From: Bilabrum cf. latius
Taxonomy: Eukaryota
Reading direction: 5' to 3'
Assembly (NCBI GenBank): GCA_965178125.1
Contig: OZ237736.1
Location: 248,001-312,000 of the forward strand
DNA: 64,000 bases
Part shown: positions 33,501 to 46,600 of the stretch, in pieces
Layout: each line of letters starts with the position of its first letter
Numbering within the stretch: the first letter of the stretch is position 1
The notes under the pieces: generated by a model
The model's database searches: none
What the model saw: only the letters and a program-made list of their open reading frames with translations
Told to the model about the DNA's origin: nothing
Program-made: the position numbers and the translations under genes

Positions 33501-36500
33501 ACTTGCAGGGAGACCGGCTGTCAGCTGCGCCTCAGGTGGCTGCTCTGATGATGGAAGCGGCCGCCTGCCGGCTCCGCGCATTGCGCGCCTCGACGGCTCA
33601 CCAGCTTGCGTTTTCGGACCCGCTGCCACCAGAGACCACAGGGGATGGCTTGGACCTCGCACAGTCTGCAGCGTTCTTCGGCAACGTCATGCTTCGTTTG
33701 CGGAATGACGCTGAGAGGAGCGCCTCCTTCCAGGTGTACACCGATCGAGATGCGATCGGGGTGACCACGAAGATCTCCGGTGCCAGCGTCGCGAAGTAGC
33801 TTCGGGGACAGGTGGTAGCTCAGTTGGAGCCGCTGGGAGCCAACGCGTGGCTGAACCCGAGGGACCATATACATCCATTGGCTGGGATAAGGCGGTTCGT
33901 GCAAGGACCAGACGCAAGCGGCACTGGCAGCGATGGCACCACCGCCGCCGCATCATCAGCCGAGACCAAGCGAGCATCGCTCGAGGACGGCGAGGACGGC
34001 GGGAACGCAAAATGCAAAGGAGGCGACATCGTTGCCTAGCTGGGGACCCCAGGCAGCTGGCTTGTGATCACGTAGACAGACGCGGACGAGCTGGTCGCTT
34101 CCGCAGGCGAAGATCTCATGTCAAGGCTGCCACCGCGGGACCGCTGGCTCGTTGTTGAGCTGCCAACCAATGATTTGTTTGGCGTTGGTCCTTTCATGCA
34201 CGAGCTGTGCGGTCATTTTCGGGACGCGTGCGCCTCGCTCCCTTGGTCCCTGCATCACAGCACGACTGGCAGGGTCATTGAGGGCTTTCTGCGGGGCGTA
34301 ACCCCAGGTCCACCCGCCAAAATGCCCGTGCGCACTGGGCTGGAGCAATTCAGGACCAGTGTCCAGGTGAGGGACTGGCCCCGGGCCCGCTACGCGCTCA
34401 AGCAGCTAGCGGGCCGCGTGCCCAGGCAGAGGCTGTGGCTGGAGATGACGAGGGCTTCAGAGGACCCTGTTCTGGCCGTTGAGATGCTTGCCACGGAGCC
34501 CGAGGCCTTTGTCCTTGATTTTTATCCCAGGGCGTTGGATTGTCTGGGCAAAGAGCTGCAGGTAGAGCTGGTCGCAGCTCTGAACAAGGCCATAGCGAGG
34601 TGCAGCAAGGCCAAGTACGACGGCGTGGTTGTTCGCCAGGCGACCATCTCTGGGGTGTCATCCTTCGCGGGTATCGGAGACGCGCCAGAAGTCCGGGCGT
34701 CTTTCTTGGCTGCTTGTCAGACTGGGGTGACCGACACGGCTGCTCACCTCTCTCTCCTTGGAGCCTTCGCGATGTGGAAGGACTGCCTCCTCGAGGACAG
34801 CATCATCCGGTCCATGCAGCCGACTAGACCGAAGGACCTGCTCGGGGGCATCCTGGGTAGCGTCCGGATCGATCCGGCGGAGGGTGCCGGCTCTCACGAT
34901 GTGCTGCCCCTGATGCAGAAAGTGCCGGCCCCGTGTCCGCAGCTGCGCTCGCCCGAGGCACCGTGCAGGGCTGCCGCGCCCCCAATGCTGATGCTGGGCG
35001 ATCGGAGCGCGTCGATCAAGGTGGGCGCGGCGTGGAATGTCTTTGATGGGGAGGAGCTGCTCGAGGCCTCGATCCGGTCTGTGATGGAAGTGACCCACTA
35101 CCGAGTTGCAGTGTACCAGCGGGTGTCCCATTTCGGCAGGAAATGCTCAGCAACTCTCCTGAAGACGCTCAAGAGCCTGGTAGACAGGGGTTTCCTGCAT
35201 GAGATCGTTGAGTACGACTAGAAGAAGGAACCGATGACGAAAGAGAGGAAGAAGTCGATGACGAGCCGCAAGGCGACCGGGATGGACTTGGGTGGGGCGA
35301 GACCGGAGGAGATCGGTGACCAGTTCATCCACGAGGTGTCCAAGCGGGAGCAGGGGCGACAGCTGTGCCTCAAGGCAGGCTGCGACCTGTTCATGTCAAT
35401 GGACTGTGATGAGTGCTACGAGGCCCAGGCTCTGCGATCCGTGTGCGAGACCATTGTGCGTCTGCAGTACGACGGTGCGGTTTGCCTGATGCGGCATTAC
35501 ATCCGGCACCCCTGCTGGGAAATGACACCGATGGATCGTTAGAACTACGTTTCTGTTGTCTGGAGGCTGTCGGAGCACCTGCCGTGCCGGCTGGGATGCC
35601 CCACGGGATTTCTACTGGACCCGACCAGACGAGTGGAGCACGCAACCAAGATCCTAGAGCTTAGGCCTGATCAGATGGTTATGCACCACTTCACGCTCGT
35701 CCGCAACAACATCGATTCGAAGCTGGGCAACGTGTCTAACCGGAACAACTACTTGGGCCACCGGGTGGGAAGGAACGGCAGGAAGCTGGATGGTGCCCTC
35801 ATCCTGAGGAACTTCGTGAAGTCTTTCAAGGACTGGAACCCGCGCGACCACCCGCTTGTGCACCCCCATCCCAGCGCCAATGATCGATTCTTTGGGGTCG
35901 TTGTAACCCCTAATCTGTTTAATATTGAGATCAAGTCGATGAAGACGTGCCCGGATCTCGAGCCTGGCAGTGTCTACCTCACCATACCAGATGCTGGGTA
36001 CGGCGAACCGTTTCTAGGCTGCGACGGACAGCGCTATGTGATACTCTGCGAGATGGCAGGCATGATGGGCCCGATGGGGGGACCACACGATCCGATGGAT
36101 CCGGGACAGGCTGATTTAGCTAGGATCGAGAGCCTAGAAAGCAGGCTAGAAAGACCCCACTAGGCGAGTGGCCATGACAGTGGAGGTGGTAAGTTCTTGG
36201 GAGACCCAGCGAGGGCCCATTTCTCATCACTTGACGACAAGTCGAACGGCAAAGCGGTTGGCGGGGGCACAACCGCTGCAGCAGCAGCCGGCGAGCCATC
36301 GCTCGCAGCACATGCTGGTCCCAGCGGGGCTGGGACACGCTCACATACCAGAAGAGACGGCGCATCAGCAATGCAGAGCAAGGGAGCGGGAAAGTATTCG
36401 GGAACTTGTGGTCATCATTCAACCGGAACTCTAATGGTGGGCACCGACGGATTTCCTGCGGATAGGGATCGGGACGGCTCGGGACGTGCAGGGCACGATG

Positions 36501-37297
36501 ACGGGCAACAGCAGTCTGCGCCGGACTCTGGCTCGGCCACCCGCAGCCACGCCCAGAGCCAGGGTCGCACTCCTGACACTTCAAAAGCATCCATCTCATC
36601 CAGCACCACCTCCGGCAGCGGCAGCGGCAGCGGTGCCACGGGGGCATCCGACGGGAAAGTCTTGGCAGATGCAATCCAGAGGACAGAGCACCTCCTTAAC
36701 CAATTTGCGAGCCAGATTGCCACCGCCACAGGCACCACGCACACCGCATCCGTGGGTCTGATCGGGGGGCACTCGGCCTCGCCCGACGTCGGCAGCCAGG
36801 CGTCTGCCAGGCACCTGTCAGCAGCTGAGCAGCTCGCGCACGACGACCAAGGGGCCTCTGGGCCCGTGGACGAGGCAGAGGCGAAGGCGGCGCTGAGCAG
36901 GCTGGCCTCAATCGGGATCCAGTCGCCCGCTGGCAGTCCGGGGCGGAAGGATGCATCGCACGGTGGTGCGGGCGGGACAGCGGCCGACACGTAGTGGGCT
37001 GGTGGGACGCGAGGAGGTGCCTTGGCTGTCGGGGGGAGAAGGTCAGGGAGCGGTGGGGGCGGCGCGGGCAGGAAGGGAGCTGCGAGCGGTGCTGGCTCTA
37101 GCGGCCTCGATGGCATTGATTCTGACGGGCTGGACCACGTGCTTGGCCACCGCGTCGCGGGGCAGGGCGTGGTGGACGGAGGTGGGGCTAGCTCCGGCGC
37201 GCACCAGCAGCTCTCTGGAAAAGACGGGGATGAGGCCAGGAGGTTGATTCAAGAAGGTCTTGCTGGCATGGATGACGATGGCCTCGGACTGGATTGA
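30509..37297 (+). CDS. Large protein (~2262 aa, 12 in-frame TAG) with a C-terminal GT-A-fold glycosyltransferase domain (~35015-35940)
   Basis: Ten listed ORFs from 31130 to 37297 share one frame and are separated only by TAG. The domain reads KVGAAWNVFDGEELLEASIRSV...YQRVSHFG...HEVSKREQG...MSMDCDECY...LDPTRRV...MHHFTLVR with a DxD motif. Start uncertain; ends at TGA. Confidence 0.75.
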
Positions 37298-37643
37298 CCT
37301 TCGATGAATCCTGTATTGCCCTTCCGACATCCATAGACTAATTCATTTCTTAAAAGATGAAGACAATAAATGTGATGATTGCAATCCAACAAAATCTGTT
37401 CTGGCCCAGTGTGTGCGATCATTCCAACTTTCTCTATTCGTTAATAGTGGATCTCTTAATTTATAATACCGTGTAGCGTAGCTGCGGAGTATAGTTACAA
37501 TTAGTCTCCCCTGATCGGCGCAATTTATCTGTCGAACTCTGACGCGTTTCTGATCTTGCACGTCGTCGCCCTGCCAGGGCGACTGTGCGCCAGATCCAGA
37601 TCTAATTGACCTGTAATTTATCGATACACTATCTAGGGGTTAT

Positions 37644-40600
37644 ATGCAGGGCTAGACAAAACACCCTGATATGCTAGTGTCCAATCCATCGGAGCAGACG
37701 GTGCTCAAACTTTGCCACGCAGCTGGGCTTCGTCATGTGATATCTCCGGTAGCAATCGGCTCCGTACTTTCTGCCGAGTGCAGAGGTTTGGTAGAAAGAT
37801 TGCTGGCGCAGTCTACCTCAATGGCGGTATGCAGGTCTTCTGGTGCTTCAGTGGCGTTCGGCGCCGACCACGAGGAAAGTCAGTAGACTTTCGATGAAAT
37901 TGCTGGAACCAATCCACACAGTCCTGGTGGAAAAGATACTGGTGGCATATTTGGTCCTGTTCTACGGTTAAAGGTATGCGCAAGAGACGTTGCATTGGCA
38001 CTAGCAGGCCCAGGCTCGACCCGAGAACTGCTGGACGCTCGCGCTGCTTCCGCAGTGCAGCCAAAAGAGTCTGCCATGGATGCCGAGTCGCTGAATGCAG
38101 GTGCTAGTCCGCCGCAGCGGGGTGCATTTAACACGAGCAGTGCCCCCGCAACGACTTCCGAGAGCATTGCCGCGCTGTGTCCGAGCAGCAGCTGGCAGCT
38201 GCCGAGCCGGCGGGCCCCTCTGTTGCTACTGCCGTACCTCTGGAGGAAAGGATCCATTGCTCCTGCCATTGCGTGCGTGAGAAGGGCACGACGCGCAGCC
38301 CTGCAGCGGTACAGAATATCCACGTGCGGCCTGCAGGCCCTGCTGTCCCTGTCTGCGGATGGAAGCGGCCGCCTTATCACGGTTTGGTCGGGCCTTGCTG
38401 CGTCATCCATGGCCGGGCTGGCCGATGTCGGGGTCAACCGTTTAGGTAAAGCAGCTCTGCTGCTAAACAGAGCCGTGGACAGTCTCTAGAAACTAGAATC
38501 TCTCGCGAGGACATGCGGTGGCGACATCGTGGCCTCGTCGTCCAAACGAGATGGAACGATGGACACGGCGAGCACACGAGCGGCCGGCGACAGCAGCGAT
38601 AGCGACAGCGACTCCCTAAATGATAACGATGAGCGCATGCAAGCAGTGGATGACTGGCACAGGCAGCTCAGAAACACACTCGAGACGCTCCAGGCATCCC
38701 TGGAAGAGGCCGGCGAGCTGGCAGCTGCACCCGAGCAAGGAATCCTTGACGAAGGTCGCGGTGTTCGGGTGGCCCGGCTTGTCAGCAACTAGGCCGTGGC
38801 ACGAACTTTCAGCACGGAACTAGCCGCCACAGTACTACATCGCACGTACAGGCGCCGCAAGATTCTAGCTCGGAAGGCCAAGGCAGGTGGTTGGACTGCT
38901 GCAGGCCCGCACACGACAGGGCCTAGGCGAAGGACAGCGGCGGGGAGCCGGGGCTCGAAGCGAGGCACTAAAGGAGGAATCGCAATGCGAGGCATCTTAC
39001 GGAGGCCGCATGTTGCGAACAGTCTGGGCGGCTCGGTGACGAGTGGTGCGACAGGTGCTGCGTCATCGACCGCAGACGGCAGTAGCGCCAGCGGTATCAC
39101 CGGCACTGCCGCAGGTCAGGGCCATTTGGATGCGCCCCCCAAGCTGCGGAAAGAGGGATCAGATTCAGGTGCGTCCATCTCGTCGGCTGCAGGGAACTCC
39201 AGTGCTGCTGCGGAGCAGCGCGAGACTGGCTTGCACCCACTGCTTCACCCCACAGGGTCAGACGGCGCCAGTGGAATCGGTCACTCGTCACACGCGGGCT
39301 CCGCCTCAAGTGCGCAGCCCCGGGTCACACTCGGTGTGAAGGAGGATAACGAGTCGCTGGTGGTTGCGTGTGAAGCGGCAGCAACGAGCATGCTGAGAAG
39401 GCACGAGCGGGCTGCGTACAGCCGCGTGGCAGACATGCTGGAGGTGTTTCAAGATCTTCTGGCAAAGATAGTACGTCACTTGGAGGGCCTCAGATCTAGC
39501 ACTCGCAACCGAACTAGCTCCATGTCGGACAACTGGGACATGCAGAGAGAGGGTTCAGATAGCAAAACTAGCGACGGGGCTGGACACGTGGACTGCGTGC
39601 TGAATGCAGAGGAGCTGACACGTGTCTCACAGTGCCTCTACTCTGTGAGTTTGTGGAATTACACAGAGGTGCACGTGGGTTATGCTCAGCAGAATCGGGA
39701 GTTTGCCCGCGCGCTTGCTAGGGAGGTCGCGATCGACGCAACGGGTGCGATGGAGGTCTGCGCCCTGGAGCTCTGCGAAGCGGCTGCTGGCAGGGCGCAG
39801 CACAGGAAGGACGGTATCGTGCGTGCGGTACACGTTGGAGAAGCCGCTGAATACAGCAGAGTGATGGTGAGGGATTCAAGTTGATACGGTTGTTTGATTA
39901 TTTCGGCTCCGTTTGTGTAGTGTTGTGCTGTGGTTGTTGATTGGTTACTGCCCGACCGTTACCATGACCGGTAAATGTTTCCCAAACCAGCCCGAGCATT
40001 TTCCGAGTTGATTTGTCGCTTCTCGCAGCAAAAGGATCTTTCTTGTGGCAGCTCCTTGCGGTTTCCCGGGGCTATGCAAAGCGGCGAATCCATGCAGCAA
40101 ATGGACTTGTTGCCTTCCCTTGGCGAGGTATGGACTCGAGCCGAGATGGACGGCAGGCCAATGTGGGCGCAAGTCCCTGGCTCCGTGTGGACCATGCCTG
40201 AGGCCATGGGCGGGCATAGAGTCAACGCGACTGCTGCATCGCTCAAGTGCGTGCGATAGTCGGTAGGACGGGGAATGCTGATTGCATTGTACTCTGACAT
40301 TCGCGCCGTGCTGGAGCTGATCAAGGAGCACAAAGCAGCCGCTGCCAAGCGGAGGTAGCAGCGAAGGGGCAGCGGCCGCGTGGCGGCGGGACTTCTGGCG
40401 ACTACCTCCGGGGCGCCTGGACGGCGATCCACGTCACCGCATTCATAGTCCAGTCCCACAGGCTCGCAAGAGAGCGGGACGGATGTATCAACCGACGAGT
40501 TTGACGAAGATGAAATGCTTACAAGGCGTCGGTCATCGGCCGCGAAGGGGTTCGCTGCGTTGCTCTCACCCCGATCCGTACGGAGCTACTCAAATTCATC

Positions 40601-43600
40601 GCAGCCCCCTAACCTCTCTTTCATGACTCCGAGCATATCGAGGATGCATTCAGGGGGTGGCCCTGGTACTGGGCATAGCAGGCGTGGGTCACGGGGTACT
40701 CGGAGGAGCAGCCAGCAATCAATGCAGGAAGCCGCACCAGAGGACGACCCTGAGAATCCAGTCAAGCCGATTGTCGGTAGGCGCAGGCTAGAGCGGCACC
40801 TGCTAGCACTCTGCGCAGCGGCACGTGCCCTTGAGTAGCGTGCACTATTGGATACTGGCGAAGAATATGGTGTGGGGTGGGGCGCCTGGGTGGGGCAGCC
40901 GCCTGGCAGGCGAGCATTGAAGGCAGCAATGACTGCGGCAGCAGCACACAGAGAACGAGTGCACAAAGAGATTTTGCATGCCAAGGCATCAGAGGCGCGC
41001 GCAACAGCCGCTGCTGCAACGGCTGGCCAGCCGGCCTTTGGAGGCGGTTTCGGAGCCAGCGCAACTCGTTCCCAAGCGTTCGCACAGAGCGAGTGGGGGG
41101 CAGCAGGGATGCGCACCTAGCTAGATGAACCTCCAATGAACATTCGATCGACCTCGTTTGGTCATGGCGGCATTGCAGTCAAGGCTCACGTGCCTTTCTT
41201 TGGGTCTCCGGTGAAGGAGTCAAACGCTGAGACGCCGACCCCGGTAAGCTCAGGTGCGGTCACCAGACCCAACTCTTTCGAAGCTCCTGCTGCCAATACA
41301 CCGGCCAACAGCGAGCCAGGGTTACCGGCAGCTTTTGAGGTGGATACACCGTCTGCTGCGGTTGGGATAGAATCAAATTCTGTGCCAGCATCGGCCGAGA
41401 TTGGCTGGGGTCCCATCCCTGAGACAGCCAGTTCCGTCGCGGCGGAGGGCAGTGGGGACGAAGGGAACCGGGATTCTGACAGCAGTGACGACATTGAGGG
41501 CCTCATGCAGGCTAGCAAACCAGTCGACACCCGAGCGGAAGACATGCGACAGATATCTGCGCAGCAAGACAGGTCGTGGGACGGGAATGCAGCAGCGGCG
41601 CCGTGGATGTGGGGCGATGGTGTGGGAGTCTCGTGGGTTGGGCACGGGTCTTCCTCCAGCAGCTCTCAGTACACCAAGTACACGCCAGAGGAGCTGCTCA
41701 AGCGGTCTCCTCGCGTCTGGGTGTATGCCGTGTGGAGGATCTTGCGTGCTGCTGGTGTGACGAGGGCGTCGGTCCTGCCTCCAGCCCCAGTGGCTGGCCT
41801 AGACAGCGGTATGACCCCCTCCAATCGGGCCGGTGGGATCTCCAGCGGGTTTGGAGAGCAGTCTTCGCAGATGCCAACGGAGTATATGGCTCAGAGCGGT
41901 GCGCCTGGGGAGCTGGCTGAGACCGACGGGGTGGCGCTGGTGATGCTCGAGGCACTCCACCGGTGGAGTGCCGAGGTATCCGAGGCACTCAGCCGGTCAG
42001 GTTGCACCCGTGCCGGCCCAGCCCAGGCGCTAGAGGCCGCTGCGACGGTAGAGCCCGCAGCACCCCTACGCGGTGCGCCTGGCAGCGCTGTTCCCTACTT
42101 TGGCGAGGAGGGCTGGTGGCACAAGCACATTGAGCCCAAAGCGTCCAGCAGCGCAGGCATGCTGTCGAGTCCGGCAGGTACACACGAATGGCTGCAGAGG
42201 CCAAAGTTCATGTCTACAGCATCGCTTGACACGTCGAACGATTTCGGTGACAGCCACCCGCAGAGCACTAGCAATCTTTTCGGTGCCGCGCCAATGTCGC
42301 GCAGGATGGGCCGGGCATCTTCCATGCGTTCGGTAGGGTCGGATATATCTGCGCTGGGCGGGAGCGCACTTGTTGCCGAAGCACCAGACCAAGACAGGCA
42401 GAGCAGGAGGATGTTCCGTCGCTTCCTTCGTGTAGCGCCCGATTTGATGCTGTCAGACCAACCTCTCCCGTGGTGGACGAGCGATATTTCTGGCGCGCAT
42501 TCGATCGGCGTGTTTGGGCAGCTCCCACGCGACTTCGTGCGCAGTCGTATTTTCGGGTCATAGCTTGATTCATCCACGGCAGGCTTGTCAAGCATGCCAA
42601 GCATGACTGGAATGTCGCTTTCCCTGGCAATGTCTCGCAGCCAGCACGCCGCAAGCATGGTCGCATACCAGTCGACGACGGTGTCAACAATTAGTCCGTT
42701 CAGTGCCGTGGGTATCCAAGCCGGCACAGAGGCTCCCGATCTCTTCGTGTGGCAGTATTCGGACCCCCACGCCTCTGAGTGGTCGGGCGGCTCAGACCGG
42801 CGCAAGCTGCATAGGATCGGCAGCGAGATGCGCAACCAGTAGCCGTCCAGACTGTCCACCATTCACTCGAATGGCTCCACGGCCTCAAGGAGTAGGCAAG
42901 TCTCAGACGAATTTCATGGGTATGAACCTGGATCGTCGGTTCGATTTGATGTTGCGGGCAGCTCACGCGTGGGTTCGCCAGAGTTCAGGCGACAAAAATC
43001 CAGGGAGAGCGATTAGAGCCGACCACACGCCAACGACAGTCAGGAGCTTCCTGACCTGACCCAAGGCAGGTAGCACTCCATTCCGAGCCCTTCGAATTCC
43101 GGCTCGTCTGGCGGCCGATCACTCTCATCGGAAGCTCACAGCCTCGCACCAAACCCTGTGGTAGGGCTGTACGTCCCCCTGTCTAGCTGCGCCAGAGGGT
43201 CTGCACCGGATCTCATGGCAGTCGAAGCTCAGGCCAAAGCAGAGGCGGCGAAGCGTGCACATGCGAATCGTTAGGCTGATCAACAGCCCACGGAAGGCAG
43301 CTTGCTGCCCCTGCCAAGCCAGCAAGTCAAGCAAAGGCTCGTGCATGAGCACCAGGAGGGTACATCAAATGGTAGACCTATAATAGACAGTATCACGAAC
43401 ACAGGTATGGCACCAGGTACAGGTGCAGGGACAAAGGCAGGTGCAGGGGCTGGGGCTGGCGGTGGTCTAGGTCTGTCGATCCGCGCTCCCGGCCGGGATG
43501 CGGGCCCGGCGCCGTCTGCAAGCACAGGTGCAAGTGAAGGAGCTGGCGGTGGTCTAGGTCTGTCGATCCGCGCTCCCGGCCGGGATGCGGGCCCGGCGCC

Positions 43601-46600
43601 GTCTGCAAGCACAGATGCAGGTGCAGGTGCAGGAGCTGGTGGTGGTCTAGGTCTGTAGATCCGCGCTCCCGGCCGCGATGCGGGCCCGGCGCCGTCTGCA
43701 AGCACAGGTGCAGGGGCAGGAGCTGGCGGTGGTCTAGGTCTGTCGATCCGCGCTCCCGGCCGGGATGCGGGCCCGGCGCCGTCTACAAGCACAGGTGCAG
43801 GTGCAGGGGCAGGAACTGGCGGTGGTGTAGGTCTGTCGATCCGCGCTCCCGGCCGGGATGCGGGCCCGGCGCCGTCTGCAAGCACAGGTGCAAGTGAAGG
43901 AGCTGGCGGTGGTGTAGGTCTGTCGATCCGCGCTCCCGGCCGGGATGCGGGCCCGGCGCCGTCTACAAGCACAGATGCAAGGGCAGGGGCAGGAGCTGGC
44001 GGTGGTTTAGGTCTGTCGATCCGCGCTCCCGGCCGGGATGCGGGCCCGGCGCCGTCTGCAAGCACAGATGCAGGCGCAGAGGCAGGAGCTGGCGGTGGTC
44101 TAGGTCTGTCGATCCGCGCTCCCGGCCGGGATGCGGGCCCGGCGCCGTCTGGAAGTACAGATGCAGGCGCAGGGGCAGGAGCTGGCGGTGGTCTAGGTCT
44201 GTCGATCCGCGCTCCCGGCCGGGATGCGGGCCCGGCGCCGTCTGCAAGTACAGGTGCAGGCGCAGAGGCAGGAGCTGGCGGTGGTCTAGGTCTGTCGATC
44301 CGCGCTCCCGGCCGCGATGCGGGCCCGGCGCCGTCTGCAAGCACAGGTGCAAGTGAAGGAGCTGGCGGTGGTCTAGGTCTGTCGATCCGCGCTCCCGGCC
44401 GCGATGCGGGCCCGGCGCCGTCTGCAAGCACAGGTGCAAGTGAAGGAGCTGGCGGTGGTCTAGGTCTGTCGATCCGCGCTCCCGGCCGGGATGCGGGCCC
44501 GGCGTCGTCTACAAGCACAGGTGCAGGTGCAGGTGCAGGAGCTGGCGGTGGTCTAGGTCTGTCGATCCGCGCTCCCGGCCGCGATGCGGGCCCGGCGCCG
44601 TCTGCAAGCACAGGGGCAGGTGCAGGTGCAGGGGCTGGCGGTGGTCTAGGTCTGTCGATCCGCGCTCCCGGCCGGGATGCGGGCCCGGCGCCGTCTGCAA
44701 GCACAGATGCAGGTGCAGGTGCAGGAGCTGGTGGCGGTCTAGGTCTGTCGATCCGTGCTCCCGGCCGGGGTGCGGGCCCGGCGCCGTCTGCAAGCACAGA
44801 TGCAGGTGCAGGTGCAGGGGCTGGCGGTGGTCTAGGTCTGTCGATCCGCGCTCCCGGCCGCGATGCGGGCCCGGCGCCGTCTGCAAGCACAGATGCAGGT
44901 GCAGGTGCAGGAGCTGGCGGTGGTCTAGGTCTGTCGATCCGCGCTCCCGGCCGGGATGCGGGCCCGGCGCCGTCTGCAAGCACAGATGCAGGTGCAGGTG
45001 CAGGAGCTGGCGGTGGTCTAGGTCTGTCGATCCGCGCTCCCGGCCGCGATGGTGCTGGACATGGCGTTGCAAGCACAAACCAGCAGAGTAATGTGGTTGT
45101 TGATGGGGCGGGAGATTCCATACAGAAGTCTACCAGTGGGCTTTAGGATCAGTCCGCAGTGAATATCAGCTCGCCAAAGGCCTACCTAGTGGACGTGTAG
45201 CCGGCATCGGCGTCTCAAGACGAAGGCTCGCATAGATCACCTGCCGCCACCCTGACTGAATTCGTTCAGTAGGATGCCAAGGATGCTGCGAGTTAGGTTC
45301 GAAGGTCGGACAGCTGGAGCAGCGAGATGTTCGATTCGATTGCAGGCGTGGCGCACCGCGGGTCAAACAAACGCCTTGGCGGCTACCGGCGTGTTTTACC
45401 GAACCAGGACATTGGAAAATCGCTTGGCCTCTACGCGAGGCACAAAGCGGGATCTCCTTCCGATTGGTCATCAGTATCTGGCTCCAGCCTCGGGACGAGG
45501 GAGGAAGAGGACGGGGGCCGGCCAGCTGCTCTTTGGCTATCGATCCCGCAGAATGGCCCTGACTCCTGGTCCCGATCGCTGAACCCAGTGGCTGATTCGC
45601 ACAAGAAGCTTGAGAGACTTTCTCGGGTGTAGTCGGAGATGTCGGGCTCGCTCCATCGGTAGTCGATGCATGGTGGAGTCAGCAGTAGAGTCGGGAAGGT
45701 GGCAGCCGGCATTCAAACCGGTGGTTTCCTGACCGCCTCAACGAGCAACTTGGACACGCGGTAGAGCCGCGAACAACACGCTGCAGCGAGGTTAGGACAA
45801 CGTACAGCTGGCGGTAGCCCAGCCGACATGGACGCTCACGGCACTTTGCTCGAGGCCCTGCAGACACATGTCAGCGATTCCTCGCCTGTTCCTTCTGGGC
45901 CCTCCGGTGCCGTTCGGCGATTGGGCTCCGACTCATCCACGGGGACCCCAGCGCAGGATCAGGAGGACCCAGTGGCCCCTTCGACCACTAAGGGTGCTGC
46001 TGAGGGCATGTGGGGCGCGTCTGTGGTGGTCTCATAGCTTACCGAGCAGACCAGAACCCCGGATATTTCGGGCCCAGCGGGGACAGCGGCCAAGGATCTC
46101 GAACGTATGCTGGAATGGATGCGGCCGCACGCAGAAGACCTGCAGCTGCCTCCAAATTTCGGGGGACGGGAGGGGCCCGGGGGGCTGCTCCTTCGCTGGA
46201 GCTCCGTGATCCGAGCCGGTCTCGTGTCCGGCAGTGGTGCTCTGTATCGGTCTGGCGGGTGGTCTGGAGCTGGCGCCCTTCCGTTCTGGGCTCGTACTCT
46301 GAGCGTGCTGGCACCTGCTCAGCCCTCACACGCTGTACCGCACGGTTTCCCAAGGAACCGAATCGTCACGCTGGGGCGGAGCTCTTTGCTGATGAGCGAG
46401 CGAGAGGACAAGATTGCTGCGGCGGAAGCGATGGTCCTCTCCGCGGGACGGGCCGCAATGACGTCAGCGGGTCATGCTGCAGTCCTATTGAGCCGAGAAG
46501 CGAAGCATCTGCAGGAGGAGTTTCTCAAGAAGCTGAGCCAACACCAGGATGCCACTGAGGGGGCTGCCCAGAACGAGTAGAGTGACGACGCTGACGGCAA

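Noticed and set aside
43420-45050. CRISPR-like array
   Set aside because: There are no unique spacers, unit lengths are multiples of 3, and the array lies within a coding frame in a eukaryotic context.
43280-45121. 613-aa Pro-rich minus-strand ORF
   Set aside because: It is the antisense shadow of the tandem repeat. The plus-strand frame is continuous with the 16-kb gene on both sides.
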